A stretch of 64,000 nucleotides of DNA from a virus. The translations under genes were made by a program, and so were the position numbers. The stretch lies in the IMG/VR virus record IMGVR_UViG_3300045999_011735, positions 1 to 64,000 of that record; one strand, given 5' to 3'. Numbering within the stretch: the first letter of the stretch is position 1; each line of letters begins with the position of its first letter. Of this stretch, positions 35,900 to 46,500 are shown piece after piece. The notes under the pieces were generated by a model. It did no database searches, was not told the origin of the DNA, and saw only the letters and a program-made list of their open reading frames with translations.

Positions 35900-38800
35900 T
35901 TAACATGGACCTATATCTAAATACACATAATAATCATAAGTACCTGATACAATAGTAATACTACAATAAGCAGATGCTGTAAATAAGTCACATTGTGAAT
36001 TACTACAACCACCAGTACCACTAACACCTGCTGCTACTTGTGCTCCACTGGCATTAGCAGCTAATTCTATAGTATCACCAACAGATACACCAAATGTTCC
36101 ACTATTAGTTACTGATTGAAATACTTCAATATTAGAATTTTTATAAATGGCCATATCTCCAGAAGTAGAATCTGTATTTGTAGTTTGCCAAATAACTTGA
36201 TAAACTGGTGTAGGAGTAATAGTTGGTGTTGGTGTTGGAGTAGCGGTTATACTAGGAGTAGGTGTTATTGATGGAGTAGCGGTTATTGATGGTGTAGGTG
36301 TTATACTTGGTGTTTGAGTTCTAGTTGGTGTAGGTGTAATAGTTGGTGTAGGTGTTACACTAGGACAAGCTCCTAATGATGTAACTATACCTCCAGTTCC
36401 AATATAACATTGACCACCAACTGAGAAATGTTTTAAAACTGTTGTTACTGTACAAGTAGCATTACTATATAATTGTTTACCTGCTGCTAGTACACCACAA
36501 GTATATACAGTTTGAGGAGAACTAGTTTGTGCACAAGCTTCAGCACAATCATTTCCCTCATAAACTACAGTTGCTGTACAATTACAAGGTGTAACAGTAG
36601 GAGTTGGTGTTAATGTTCTAGTAGGTGTAATACTAGAAGTTGGTGTAATTGTTCTAGTAGGAGTGATACTTGGAGTAGCAGTAATACTAGGTGTAGCTGT
36701 TCTAGTAGGGGTAATTGTAACAGTTGGTGTAATAGAAGCTGTTGGTGTAATACTAGGTGTTCTACTAAATGTTGGTGTTGGAGTAATAGATGGTGTTGAT
36801 GTTATTGATGGTGTTATAGTTCTAGTAGGAGTTACAGTAGGAGTAGCAGTAACAGACGGTGTAGGTGTTATACTAGGTGTAGCAGTTATACTAGGTGTAA
36901 TTGTTCGTGTTGGAGTAATACTAGGTGTAGCTGTTATAGATGGTGTAGCAGTTATACTAGGTGTAGCTGTAATTGATGGAGTTATTGTTCTAGTTGGTGT
37001 TATACTAGGAGTAGCTGTAATACTAGGTGTTGGAGTGATAGAAGGTGTTACAGTTACACTTGGTGTTACAGTTTGAGAAGGTGTAATTGTACTAGTAGGT
37101 GTAATTGATGGTGTTACTGTTACACTTGGAGTAACAGTTACAGATGGAGTTACAGTACTAGAAGGTGTAATTGTTCTAGTTGGTGTAATTGATGGAGTTA
37201 CAGTTACACTAGGTGTTATAGTAACAGTAGGAGTTACAGTTTGTGAAGGTGTAATTGTTGTAGTTGGAGTTATACTAGGTGTTATAGTAACAGATGGCGT
37301 TACTGTACTTGTAGGAGTAATACTAGGAGTAGCAGTTACTGTTACAGTTGGTGTTATACTAGGAGTAATTGTAACTGATGGTGTAATTGTACTTGTAGGA
37401 GTAATGCTCGGTGTTACAGTTATTGTAACTGATGGTGTAATAGAAGGTGTTATAGTAATACTAGGTGTAATAGTAGAAGTCGGAGTAATTGATGGAGTTA
37501 CTGTAACAGTAGGAGTAATTGATGATGTTGGGGTTATAGTAACTGTAGGGGTAATACTTGGAGTAACAGTCACACTAGGTGTAACTGTACTAGTTGGTGT
37601 TATACTTGGGGTTACAGTTACAGTTGGAGTAACCGTCACACTTGGAGTTACAGTTACAGATGGAGTAATAGTACTAGTTGGTGTAACACTTGGTGTTATA
37701 GTAACAGTTGGAGTTATACTAGATGTAGGTGTAATAGTTGGTGTTGGTGTTTCACTAGGTGTTACAGTTACACTTGGAGTAATAGTTTGAGAGGGAGTTA
37801 CAGTAATAGTTGGGGTTATAGAAGGTGTTACTGTTACTGTTGGTGTTACAGATGCTGTAGGTGTAACTGTTAAAGTAGGAGTTATACTTGGAGTCTCAGT
37901 TATACTAGGAGTTATTGTAACAGTAGGGGTTACAGTTACACTAGGAGTAACAGTAATGGTTGGAGTTGTAGATACAACAGGTGTTGCTGTTACACTAGGA
38001 GTGGGTGTTATAGTTGGAGTAATAGATGGAGTAACTGTTGATGTTGGTGTTTCACTAGGTGTTACAGTTACAGTTACAGTAGGAGTTACTGTTTCACTAG
38101 GAGTAACAGTCACTGTAGGTGTAATAGTAACACTAGGTGTTATTGAAGGGGTTTCTGTTATAGAAGGTGTAATAGTAACAGATGGGGTAACAGTCACACT
38201 TGGAGTAATAGTAGAAGTTGGAGTAATACTTGGAGTAACAGTTACACTAGGAGTTACAGTTTCCGAAGGAGTAATTGTTACACTAGGTGTTACAGTAAAA
38301 GTTGGTGTAACTGAAGGTGTTATAGTTACAGTAGGTGTAATAGTTTGAGTTGGAGTAACCGTCACACTTGGAGTAACAGTTACAGTTACAGACGGTGTTA
38401 CTGTTTCACTTGGAGTTACAGTAACAGTTGGTGTTACAGTTTCACTCGGAGTAACAGTCACACTTGGAGTTACTGTAGCTGTAGGAGTTACAGTAGGTGT
38501 AATTGTTTCAGAAGGAGTAATTGTAACAGTAGGAGTTATTGTTTGTGAAGGTGTAATTGTTGTTGTTGGTGTAATTGAAGGTGTGATTGTAACTGTAGGA
38601 GTTACAGTTTCACTTGGTGTAATTGTAACAGTAGGAGTAATATTAGGTGTTTCTGTTATAGAAGGTGTAATTGTTACAGTTGGTGTTACAGTAGGAGTAA
38701 TTGTCTCACTTGGAGTAATAGTAACTGTTGGTGTTACTGTTTGAGATGGAGTAATAGTAGTAGTAGGAGTAACACTAGGTGTTACAGTTTCACTAGGTGT

Positions 38801-40738
38801 TACAGTTACAGTAGCTGTAGGTGTTATAGAAGGTGTTACTGTTACAGACGGAGTAACAGTAGGAGTTACAGTCTCACTAGGTGTTATAGTAACTGAAGGA
38901 GTAATTGTTTGAGTTGGAGTGACAGTTGTACTTGGAGTTACAGTTACAGTAACACTTGGTGTTATAGTTGATGTAGGTGTTACAGTAGAAGTAGGAGTAA
39001 TAGTTGGTGTTTCAGTAATAGTAGGTGTAATAGTAACTGTTGGTGTTACTGTTTCACTCGGAGTTATCGTAACTGAAGGGGTAATTGTAGAAGTTGGCGT
39101 TACAGTTGGTGTAACTGTTTCACTTGGAGTAATCGTAACACTAGGAGTTATTGTTGGGGTTGTACTTGGAGTAGTAGTAACTGTAGGAGTTACAGTTACA
39201 GAAGCCTCTATAGTTGCTGATGGTGTAAAAGAAGGTGTTCTACTTACTGTATGGCTTGGTGTTACAGTGACAGTAGGAGTAACAGTTGGTGTTTCAGTTG
39301 GTGTAAGTGAAGGTGTTGATGTTATTGATGGAGTAACAGTTGCTGTAGGGGTTTCACTTGGTGTAACAGATACAGTAGGAGTAATAGTTTCACTTGGAGT
39401 GATTGTAACAGTAGGGGTTAATGTTGATGTTGGTGTTACTGTAGGAGTAATACTTTCACTCGGAGTTATTGTTACTGATGGAGTGATAGTTGTAGTAGGA
39501 GTAACAGATGGTGTTTCTGATGGTGTAACAGTAGGTGTTGGAGTTTCAGTTGCAGTAGGTGTAATCGTTGCAGTAGGTGTAATTGAAGGTGTTTCAGTTA
39601 TACTAGGAGTGATTGTAACTGTTGGTGTTACAGTTTCACTTGGAGTTATTGTAGGAGTAACAGTTATACTTGGGGTAATAGTAGATGTCGGTGTTATAGA
39701 TGGTGTTACAGTAACAGTAGGTGTTATAGTACTTGTAGGAGTAATACTAGGTGTTTCTGTAATGCTAGGTGTAATTGTTACAGTAGGTGTAATTGTTTCA
39801 CTCGGAGTGATAGTTGGTGTTGGTGTTAATGTTTGAGTTGGAGTTATAGTAGGGGTTACTGTTGCACTTGGTGTTACAGTTACTGTTGGAGTTATAGTTT
39901 GAGTTGGTGTTACAGTAGCAGTAGGTGTAATAGTAGGTGTTATAGTTTCACTCGGTGTGATTGTTACTGTTGGCGTTATAGTAACTGATGGTGTAACAGT
40001 TGCTGTTGGAGTTATTGTTGTTGCTACAGTACTTGTAGGAGTAACTGTAGGAGTAATAGTTTCACTTGGAGTTATAGTAACTGATGGTGTAATAGTTTGA
40101 GTTGGAGTAATACTTGGAGTAACAGTTACACTTGGAGTTACTGTTTGAGATGGTGTAACAGTTACACTTGGAGTTACAGTTTCACTAGGTGTAATTGTAA
40201 CTGTAGGAGTTATAGTTTCACTAGGAGTAATAGTTCTAGTTGGTGTAATAGTTGGTGTTGTACTAGGAGTTACAGTTACTGTTGGAGTTATAGTAGAGGT
40301 AACAGTAGCTGTAGGTGTTATAGACGGTGTTATTGTTTTAGTAGGAGTTATAGTAACCGATGGAGTAACAGTTGCGGTAGGAGTAATAGTTGAAGCTACA
40401 GTTGCTGTAGGAGTAACTGAAAGGGTTTTTGTTATGGTAGGAGTTATAGAAGGAGTTCTAGTGATACTTGGAGTAATACTAGGTGTTGCAGTTACTGTTA
40501 CAGTAGGTGTAGGTGTAAAAGTTGGAGGAGGAGTAAATAATATAAGTGTATTACTTTGAAAAAAAGGATCAACCGCTTGTATATAAGCAGCATATGTTGC
40601 TGAAGGAACAGGAGCATAAGAAGCAGATCCACTTGAGTTATTAGCATATATAATGACATCCTGCAAACCAGTTTCATAATACTGGTCTACATAAAGCACT
40701 GAAGCTGTAACATCAAATGAAGCTGAAGTGTATCCCAT
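35900..40738 (-). CDS. Giant mucin-like Thr/Pro-repeat protein
   Basis: 1612 aa; ~1300 aa of hexapeptide T-x-T-P-(S/T)-x repeats and two Cys-rich C-terminal domains. Confidence 0.8.
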   Translation of the reverse strand: MGYTSASFDVTASVLYVDQYYETGLQDVIIYANNSSGSASYAPVPSATYAAYIQAVDPFFQSNTLILFTPPPTFTPTPTVTVTATPSITPSITRTPSITPTITKTLSVTPTATVASTITPTATVTPSVTITPTKTITPSITPTATVTSTITPTVTVTPSTTPTITPTRTITPSETITPTVTITPSETVTPSVTVTPSQTVTPSVTVTPSITPTQTITPSVTITPSETITPTVTPTSTVATTITPTATVTPSVTITPTVTITPSETITPTITPTATVTPTQTITPTVTVTPSATVTPTITPTQTLTPTPTITPSETITPTVTITPSITETPSITPTSTITPTVTVTPSITPTSTITPSITVTPTITPSETVTPTVTITPSITETPSITPTATITPTATETPTPTVTPSETPSVTPTTTITPSVTITPSESITPTVTPTSTLTPTVTITPSETITPTVSVTPSETPTATVTPSITSTPSLTPTETPTVTPTVTVTPSHTVSRTPSFTPSATIEASVTVTPTVTTTPSTTPTITPSVTITPSETVTPTVTPTSTITPSVTITPSETVTPTVTITPTITETPTITPTSTVTPTSTITPSVTVTVTPSTTVTPTQTITPSVTITPSETVTPTVTPSVTVTPSITPTATVTVTPSETVTPSVTPTTTITPSQTVTPTVTITPSETITPTVTPTVTITPSITETPNITPTVTITPSETVTPTVTITPSITPTTTITPSQTITPTVTITPSETITPTVTPTATVTPSVTVTPSETVTPTVTVTPSETVTPSVTVTVTPSVTVTPTQTITPTVTITPSVTPTFTVTPSVTITPSETVTPSVTVTPSITPTSTITPSVTVTPSVTITPSITETPSITPSVTITPTVTVTPSETVTPTVTVTVTPSETPTSTVTPSITPTITPTPSVTATPVVSTTPTITVTPSVTVTPTVTITPSITETPSITPTLTVTPTASVTPTVTVTPSITPTITVTPSQTITPSVTVTPSETPTPTITPTSSITPTVTITPSVTPTSTITPSVTVTPSVTVTPTVTVTPSITPTSTVTPSVTVTPSITPTVTITPTSSITPTVTVTPSITPTSTITPSITITPSITPSVTITVTPSITPTSTITPSVTITPSITPTVTVTATPSITPTSTVTPSVTITPSITPTTTITPSQTVTPTVTITPSVTVTPSITPTRTITPSSTVTPSVTVTPSVTVTPSITPTSTITPSQTVTPSVTVTPSITPTPSITATPSITPTRTITPSITATPSITATPSITATPSITPTRTITPSITATPSITPTPSVTATPTVTPTRTITPSITSTPSITPTPTFSRTPSITPTASITPTVTITPTRTATPSITATPSITPTRTITPTSSITPTRTLTPTPTVTPCNCTATVVYEGNDCAEACAQTSSPQTVYTCGVLAAGKQLYSNATCTVTTVLKHFSVGGQCYIGTGGIVTSLGACPSVTPTPTITPTPTRTQTPSITPTPSITATPSITPTPSITATPTPTPTITPTPVYQVIWQTTNTDSTSGDMAIYKNSNIEVFQSVTNSGTFGVSVGDTIELAANASGAQVAAGVSGTGGCSNSQCDLFTASAYCSITIVSGTYDYYVYLDIGPC
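36587..40535 (-). repeat. Degenerate 18-nt coding tandem repeat (Thr-Pro hexapeptide)
   Basis: Recurrent GGTGT/GGAGT...ACAGT/ATAGT units with heavily varied synonymous codons. Confidence 0.9.
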
Positions 40739-40753
40739 TTTCTTTTTTCTTTT

Positions 40754-41755
40754 TTATGGTGCTAATTGAGTAAATTCTACAACCAATTCACCACTTCCAC
40801 TTACTAAAGGAGAAGCTAATATAATTAATGATGGTTCTCCTATAGACATTTCAAATTCACAATTTGGATCTAATACATTAACTCTTATCTTTCCTAAGTT
40901 ACTTGTTAATGGATTACAATATGATCCTGTAACTTGGAATGTATAGAAGGTTTCATAAACACCTACTCCAAGCCCACTAAAGGACATTGTTACTGTATTA
41001 TTAGAACCTGTGCTAAAGAATTGTATATCTCCTCCTGATAGTTGTATTGATTGATTTATAAGGATATTTCCATTTAAAACATCATTGGCTAATGGAGATA
41101 TTGAAATACTAACAGGGTTTCCATAATCACTTCTTGTAATAGTAACAACATCATCGTAAGCAATAGGAGTTAATGGGAATATTCCTTGATAATCTTGATT
41201 TGTAAGTACTACAATACCTTCTGGGTAGAAAATATTTCCTGAATGGGTTGTGTAATTATCATATATATTTCCTTTACCATCATCTGTAAGGTTATATGTA
41301 GATGAAGTCATTTGGAAACTGTATGGTAATATTCTTTCACCATAAATTTTAGGGGATATAGAAAGCACTTTAATAGATTCTCCAACACCAGTTGGAAAAT
41401 TGCTAATAAATGCTGGGTCGTTGTTGAAATCAAAATATGAGCGAGATGCTCTTAATCCTGTAGGATTTCCACTATAATAAATTGAGGAAGCAAGAGAAGC
41501 AGTTGATAGATATAAATTATCTCCGTATTCATGATAAAACATTTGGTTTATCATGTCATACATTAATCTATCATATTGTCCATTTGTAATAGGTTCTCCA
41601 CCTGGGTCGAAAGTACCTGTTATATAAGTACCATTGTATATGTCGACATAAGGATCATCTACTGGTAAAGGACAATAGTTAAAATTCCATTGCTTGTTAG
41701 CTATAACAGGTACTGTTATAACATCTGAAGACTTTAACTTTTTGAATGATCCCAT
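40754..41755 (-). CDS. Virion structural protein; N-part paralogous to 41777..42799, with Ig-like C-terminal module
   Basis: YGERILPYSF...LTDDGKGNI...GNIFYPEGIVVLT; PIAYDD...PLAND Ig/cadherin-like motif. Confidence 0.65.
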   Translation of the reverse strand: MGSFKKLKSSDVITVPVIANKQWNFNYCPLPVDDPYVDIYNGTYITGTFDPGGEPITNGQYDRLMYDMINQMFYHEYGDNLYLSTASLASSIYYSGNPTGLRASRSYFDFNNDPAFISNFPTGVGESIKVLSISPKIYGERILPYSFQMTSSTYNLTDDGKGNIYDNYTTHSGNIFYPEGIVVLTNQDYQGIFPLTPIAYDDVVTITRSDYGNPVSISISPLANDVLNGNILINQSIQLSGGDIQFFSTGSNNTVTMSFSGLGVGVYETFYTFQVTGSYCNPLTSNLGKIRVNVLDPNCEFEMSIGEPSLIILASPLVSGSGELVVEFTQLAP

Positions 41756-41776
41756 TTAATAACATTATTATCTAGA

Positions 41777-42799
41777 TTAGTAGTCTAATTTAACTTTAAT
41801 TAAGGCTTCCTTAGTAAAATCTTTAACTAATGGTCTACTTAATTTAGCAACCGCTAATAATTCATTTTGGTCGTTATATAAACCAACTGTTGTAATGAAT
41901 GTTTGTGGATTGTTAATTAACGTGGTGTAAATTAAATTACCATTACTATCTATGATTGAAGGGTTTGTTGTATAATTAAAGTCTTGGTTTTTAACTCTTG
42001 TAAAGAAATAATGTGATGATACATCTTCAGCTGATTGTAGAGCAAAATAAGCACTAGATGACATTGCTGTATAAAATTGAAACTGAATGTTACTATCAGT
42101 TCCAGGAGCAGCTACAGCTGGATTAAAGTTGATACCACCATTTGCTTGAGACTTAGATAATGCTGTTGGATTTAAAATGATAATATCATTATCTGGGAAC
42201 AAATATCCATAAATAGAAGCTGAAGCAGCAGCTGTATATTGTGTGCCACCACTACCACTAATTAAATTATAATATAATAAACCATTAGTTGTATAGTTAG
42301 TAGTAGAAGTAATTTGACTATCATCAGTTAAAGATATTTCGTAAGTAGTATTCTTTAATTTTAATGTCATAGAACCAGGTTGGATATGTTCCTTATATCT
42401 ATTTCTAGCTACGTTAATAACATATATACCATTTGGATTATCATTACCAAATTCAAAACTTCCACTTTCTGTCCCCAATAACAATGTTCTATATTGGCCA
42501 TAAACTACCCTAGTAGGTGTTATAGCAGAACCATCTGGTAAATTTGTAGTTACTGATGGGCTTATGTAATTGGAACCACTTCCGTATTTGTTGCCGTATT
42601 GTACGGCCATTTGTATAGAGGAAGAAGTAGAAGTTAAAGCACCTGGGTATTCACTATATACATTTAAATAGAATGAACTGGTGATTACACTAGAAGTAAA
42701 GAAAGTAGATAATACATTAGTATCACCACTCCACATTGGACGTACTACTGTTTCCGTACTTACTACTGAATCTTCTGGGTTATATCTTACGAATGACAT
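41777..42799 (-). CDS. Virion (baseplate/tail) structural protein
   Basis: 340 aa in the baseplate operon; RYKEHIQPGS...LTDD; C-terminal VGLYN..ELLAVAKLS. Confidence 0.7.
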   Translation of the reverse strand: MSFVRYNPEDSVVSTETVVRPMWSGDTNVLSTFFTSSVITSSFYLNVYSEYPGALTSTSSSIQMAVQYGNKYGSGSNYISPSVTTNLPDGSAITPTRVVYGQYRTLLLGTESGSFEFGNDNPNGIYVINVARNRYKEHIQPGSMTLKLKNTTYEISLTDDSQITSTTNYTTNGLLYYNLISGSGGTQYTAAASASIYGYLFPDNDIIILNPTALSKSQANGGINFNPAVAAPGTDSNIQFQFYTAMSSSAYFALQSAEDVSSHYFFTRVKNQDFNYTTNPSIIDSNGNLIYTTLINNPQTFITTVGLYNDQNELLAVAKLSRPLVKDFTKEALIKVKLDY

Positions 42800-42810
42800 A
42801 TATTAATTTA

Positions 42811-43473
42811 TTAAGAATTTGTTTTTGTTATAGTTAACGGAATAGTAATTCTAGCACCACTATCTCTACCTAATACTGTAATTGTAGTTGATATTTGAGT
42901 TAAACTAGAACCAAACAATGTATTAATTGTAGTACCAGTTAATGTGAATGAAGTACCAATTAAAGTTTGGCTTACAGATGAACCAAGTGTTTGAGTAACA
43001 CCAGTTGCTGTAACTTCAGCACCTGCAACACCAGTTGAAGAGAATGTAGATAAGAATCTAACATCAGCTACTGTTATGGCATATCCATTGGCTTCAAAAG
43101 TACTTGTAGCACCTAAGTAGTTCAATGTTTGTGGAGTAATTGTAATTGTTGAACCTTGTCTTAAATTAATTGCATTGTATCCTACACTAATTACTGGTAA
43201 CTTAGCAGTACCTCTTGGTAATGTTACTAGCTTAAAGATCATGATTTGTGTATCATCTGGGAAAGCTTCAATTAAAGGCATTGCCTCAATAGCTTGACCA
43301 TAAAATGCAGACCCTGATGGATGTTGAGGGTTATACAAAGTATAGTCAACTTCATCGTCTGCTAATGAAAACTGTGTGATTTGGAACGACCCGTCGTTGC
43401 GAGCCATTAATTCCCTACCTTTAGCTGTTAAAACTGCATCAATTGTTACAGTATTGTTATTTAAAATAGCCAT
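42811..43473 (-). CDS. Virion (baseplate) structural protein
   Basis: IDAVLTAKGRELMA...ITQFSLADDEVDY motif. Confidence 0.7.
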   Translation of the reverse strand: MAILNNNTVTIDAVLTAKGRELMARNDGSFQITQFSLADDEVDYTLYNPQHPSGSAFYGQAIEAMPLIEAFPDDTQIMIFKLVTLPRGTAKLPVISVGYNAINLRQGSTITITPQTLNYLGATSTFEANGYAITVADVRFLSTFSSTGVAGAEVTATGVTQTLGSSVSQTLIGTSFTLTGTTINTLFGSSLTQISTTITVLGRDSGARITIPLTITKTNS

Positions 43474-43521
43474 TCTTTTAATGTATTTTGATTATAAATA
43501 TTTAATTCTTGTGGATCTAGA

Positions 43522-46500
43522 TTATGTAGTTACACCAACTCCAACGTCTACTAACTGTTGATTTACGTTTCTATTTATGGTATCTATGTTAGCCATTACT
43601 GCTGGGCTAATGTTTTGTGGAATTATATAGCCATATGATGTTTTTCCTTCTGGTTTTGGAAAATCAAGTATTACACTTGTTTCATCTATAATGCGTTTTA
43701 TAAATAAAATTTTATAATATTGACTACATAAATTTCCAAAATAACCATCTATATCTTCATAAGTAACAAAGTATATAAATGATGTATTATTAGGACCAGC
43801 TACTGTAACTACACTTTTAACAGTATATTCTAGAATAGGACCGTTTGCGTTTGTGATTTGTATTACTATCTTATCGTTTGGTTCTAAAGAGAATGGATAG
43901 AAAATATCACCATAATCTTCATACAAACTACCATAAGAAGCAGATACTTGAGAATCTAAAGGATTAAAGAATAAAGAAGGTCCATAAAAATTAGATAAAT
44001 TATTATTTAAGTAAAAAGCATTTTGTGTTTGGTCTACACATACTTCTATATTATTAGCAATTAAATTTCCATTTGTAGGAACCACTTTAATGGATCCATA
44101 AGGATTTAAATAAGCCTGAGAAACACCACCAGAATCAATAAAAAATCTAAATTCCACTTTATCCCCAGGATTTACAGACCCCGTTGTATTTATATCTATT
44201 GATCTTCTAAATAAAAATGATTGATTTGCATTTCCCGTTACTGGAATAGAATCTATATTAGTATAATATGTTATGTTAAAAATATTACCCATAGTAGGAA
44301 TAGTAGGTAACTCTACCCAAATTATTCCTAAATAAACAAACTGATCATCTCCAAAACTTGGTACATATATCCTACCAGTTACGTCATATGCTCTAAATGT
44401 TTTATCACCTCCTGTAATAGAAATAGTATTTACAACTTGTCCAAAAACATTCACTTGACGTATGTCATATCCGTTAAGTAAAATAATATCAAAGACATCT
44501 TGGCTTGGAGTAAATGAATATTGATTATATCCATTTGGTAAATTTTCTAAAACAGCATTATAATATCCACCTTGATAAGCAACCGTTTGTTTATTTTGAT
44601 CTAAAAGAGTATAAGTACCTGTTGAACTACTTAACCACAATTCCATACTAGCTGTAAAAGTATTAGCAGGATTTATTATAGAAGCGGTTGTTTGGATATT
44701 AAAATCATAAGTAAATTGATAAATACCTTCAGCTGGTATTTGATAATATGAAGATGTTGAGTTAAAAGAAGTGCCACCAGGACCAGAACCTGTAAAGAAG
44801 TATCCTCCAAAACTAGTATTTGATCCTGTTATATTAAATAAATTCCACACTTCTTGCATATTAACAGTACCAGCAGCAGAATAACTTGATGACACATAAG
44901 GGGAACCAAGTTGCCCCACAGGCACTAAACTTCCTGAAGAAGCAAAAACAGTAAAGTAACGGTTAACTATGTTTGAAGAACTACCTACTACAGAATTAAA
45001 CACAGCAGATGCTGTCCAGTTTGCTGGGGCTGATTCTGAACCATAGGCATAAAATATTGGGAAATAACTATACCCACTTTCTGCTATAAGTTTATTTCCG
45101 TTAGTTTGAATTTGATTTCCAAATTTCTTAGGATCAAATAACGATACATTTAAAAAGTCTCCTGTTTCAAATGTATTTTGAACTTCCTCCCAGTTTCTAT
45201 TACGTAAGTTTAATTCTGTTAAACTACCACTTTCATTTACAAGGTATTTTAAAGTAGCATTAGTTTTATAGGGTAAATAACGGTTTTCTACCACTTCAGT
45301 AAATAAACCTAATTTTTTAACATTATAATTAATTACTGGGGATTGGCCATATGAGTTATCTCCCACAGACCATGTATTAAATTGTCTTCCATATAATTGA
45401 ACACCACTATATCTAGGACGTGTATATGCTGTTAAACTTAAATATGAATCTTGTAATTCAACAGATCCACTAATTGAATATGAGGTAAAGTTTCTTCCTA
45501 AAGCATCTGTAGATAAAATAGGTATTAATTTTTTTCTATACTCTGATGTTAAACTTACGTCAACATTATTTTGTAATACGTTAAAGTCAGAATTTAAAAA
45601 GAAGTTTTCTGGTCTAGGTGAATCATAATTTAATACGAAATCCGTATTTCCACTTATAAATCCTGGAGGAATATATCCAATAGTATTGTCTACTAAAAAT
45701 GGATTTCTATTATTTTCCTGAAAAACTAAATAAGTATCAAGAGAAGAACCAGGTATATTACCATTATAATAATCTGCTTTGTCTCCTGCTAAATAATAAT
45801 AGTACGGATCATAAACAGGTTCTAATGAAGCACTTTCTGGTGTAGCGGAAAATTCATTTGTTCTAAAGAATAAAGGTTGGTATTGAGCAACTTTAGGCCT
45901 TTCAAGTACAGGGGATTTAATAGAAACACCTGTCCAAGTATTACCTCTAGCAGGTGTAAAATCTTTGACCATTTTAAATAATGAATTGTCAAAGAATTGT
46001 ATTAATCTTATAAACCCACCATAATCAAATGGTTCATTAAATGTTTGTCCAAACCAGTATTCACGTTCATATGATAATGAAGGATATGTATTTAATTGTA
46101 AATCTCTTGGGTCTCCAATATAATCATCTAATATCCAATTAGGATTAATAGCAACAATTGAAGCTGATACGGCGGCATCAATTTGTGTTTCTGGTGAAAA
46201 CGAAACATCAATAAAATGTAAATCTTGGCTTTTAACAGCTCTAGATGATGTAGGTGATGTTTCTAATCGTTTGATTGGAGATAATACACTACCTGTAATG
46301 ATATTTGAACCAATATTAATTTTATCTGTAGTATATCCTTTTAATTCTTGAGAATCAGTCATTCCACCATATTCCTTAATAGGAAGAATAGAACCTGTAA
46401 TGCCAAATAATGTAATTAATCCTTCTAAACCACCATGTGCTCCTTTAGCTTTAAATAAATAAGGAAGATTATGGTATAAACGTTTGTAAGAATCTAATGT

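Noticed and set aside
36663-40393. Plus-strand V/G/I/T-rich ORFs (36663, 37404, 37956, 38345, 38919, 40097)
   Set aside because: They are antisense shadows of the Thr/Pro repeat codons, with no promoter or start context.
36587-40535. Possible CRISPR array or non-coding satellite
   Set aside because: There are no identical repeats with unique spacers. Variation is concentrated at synonymous positions of one long ORF, and no cas operon is present (32520 is a generic PD-(D/E)XK nuclease).
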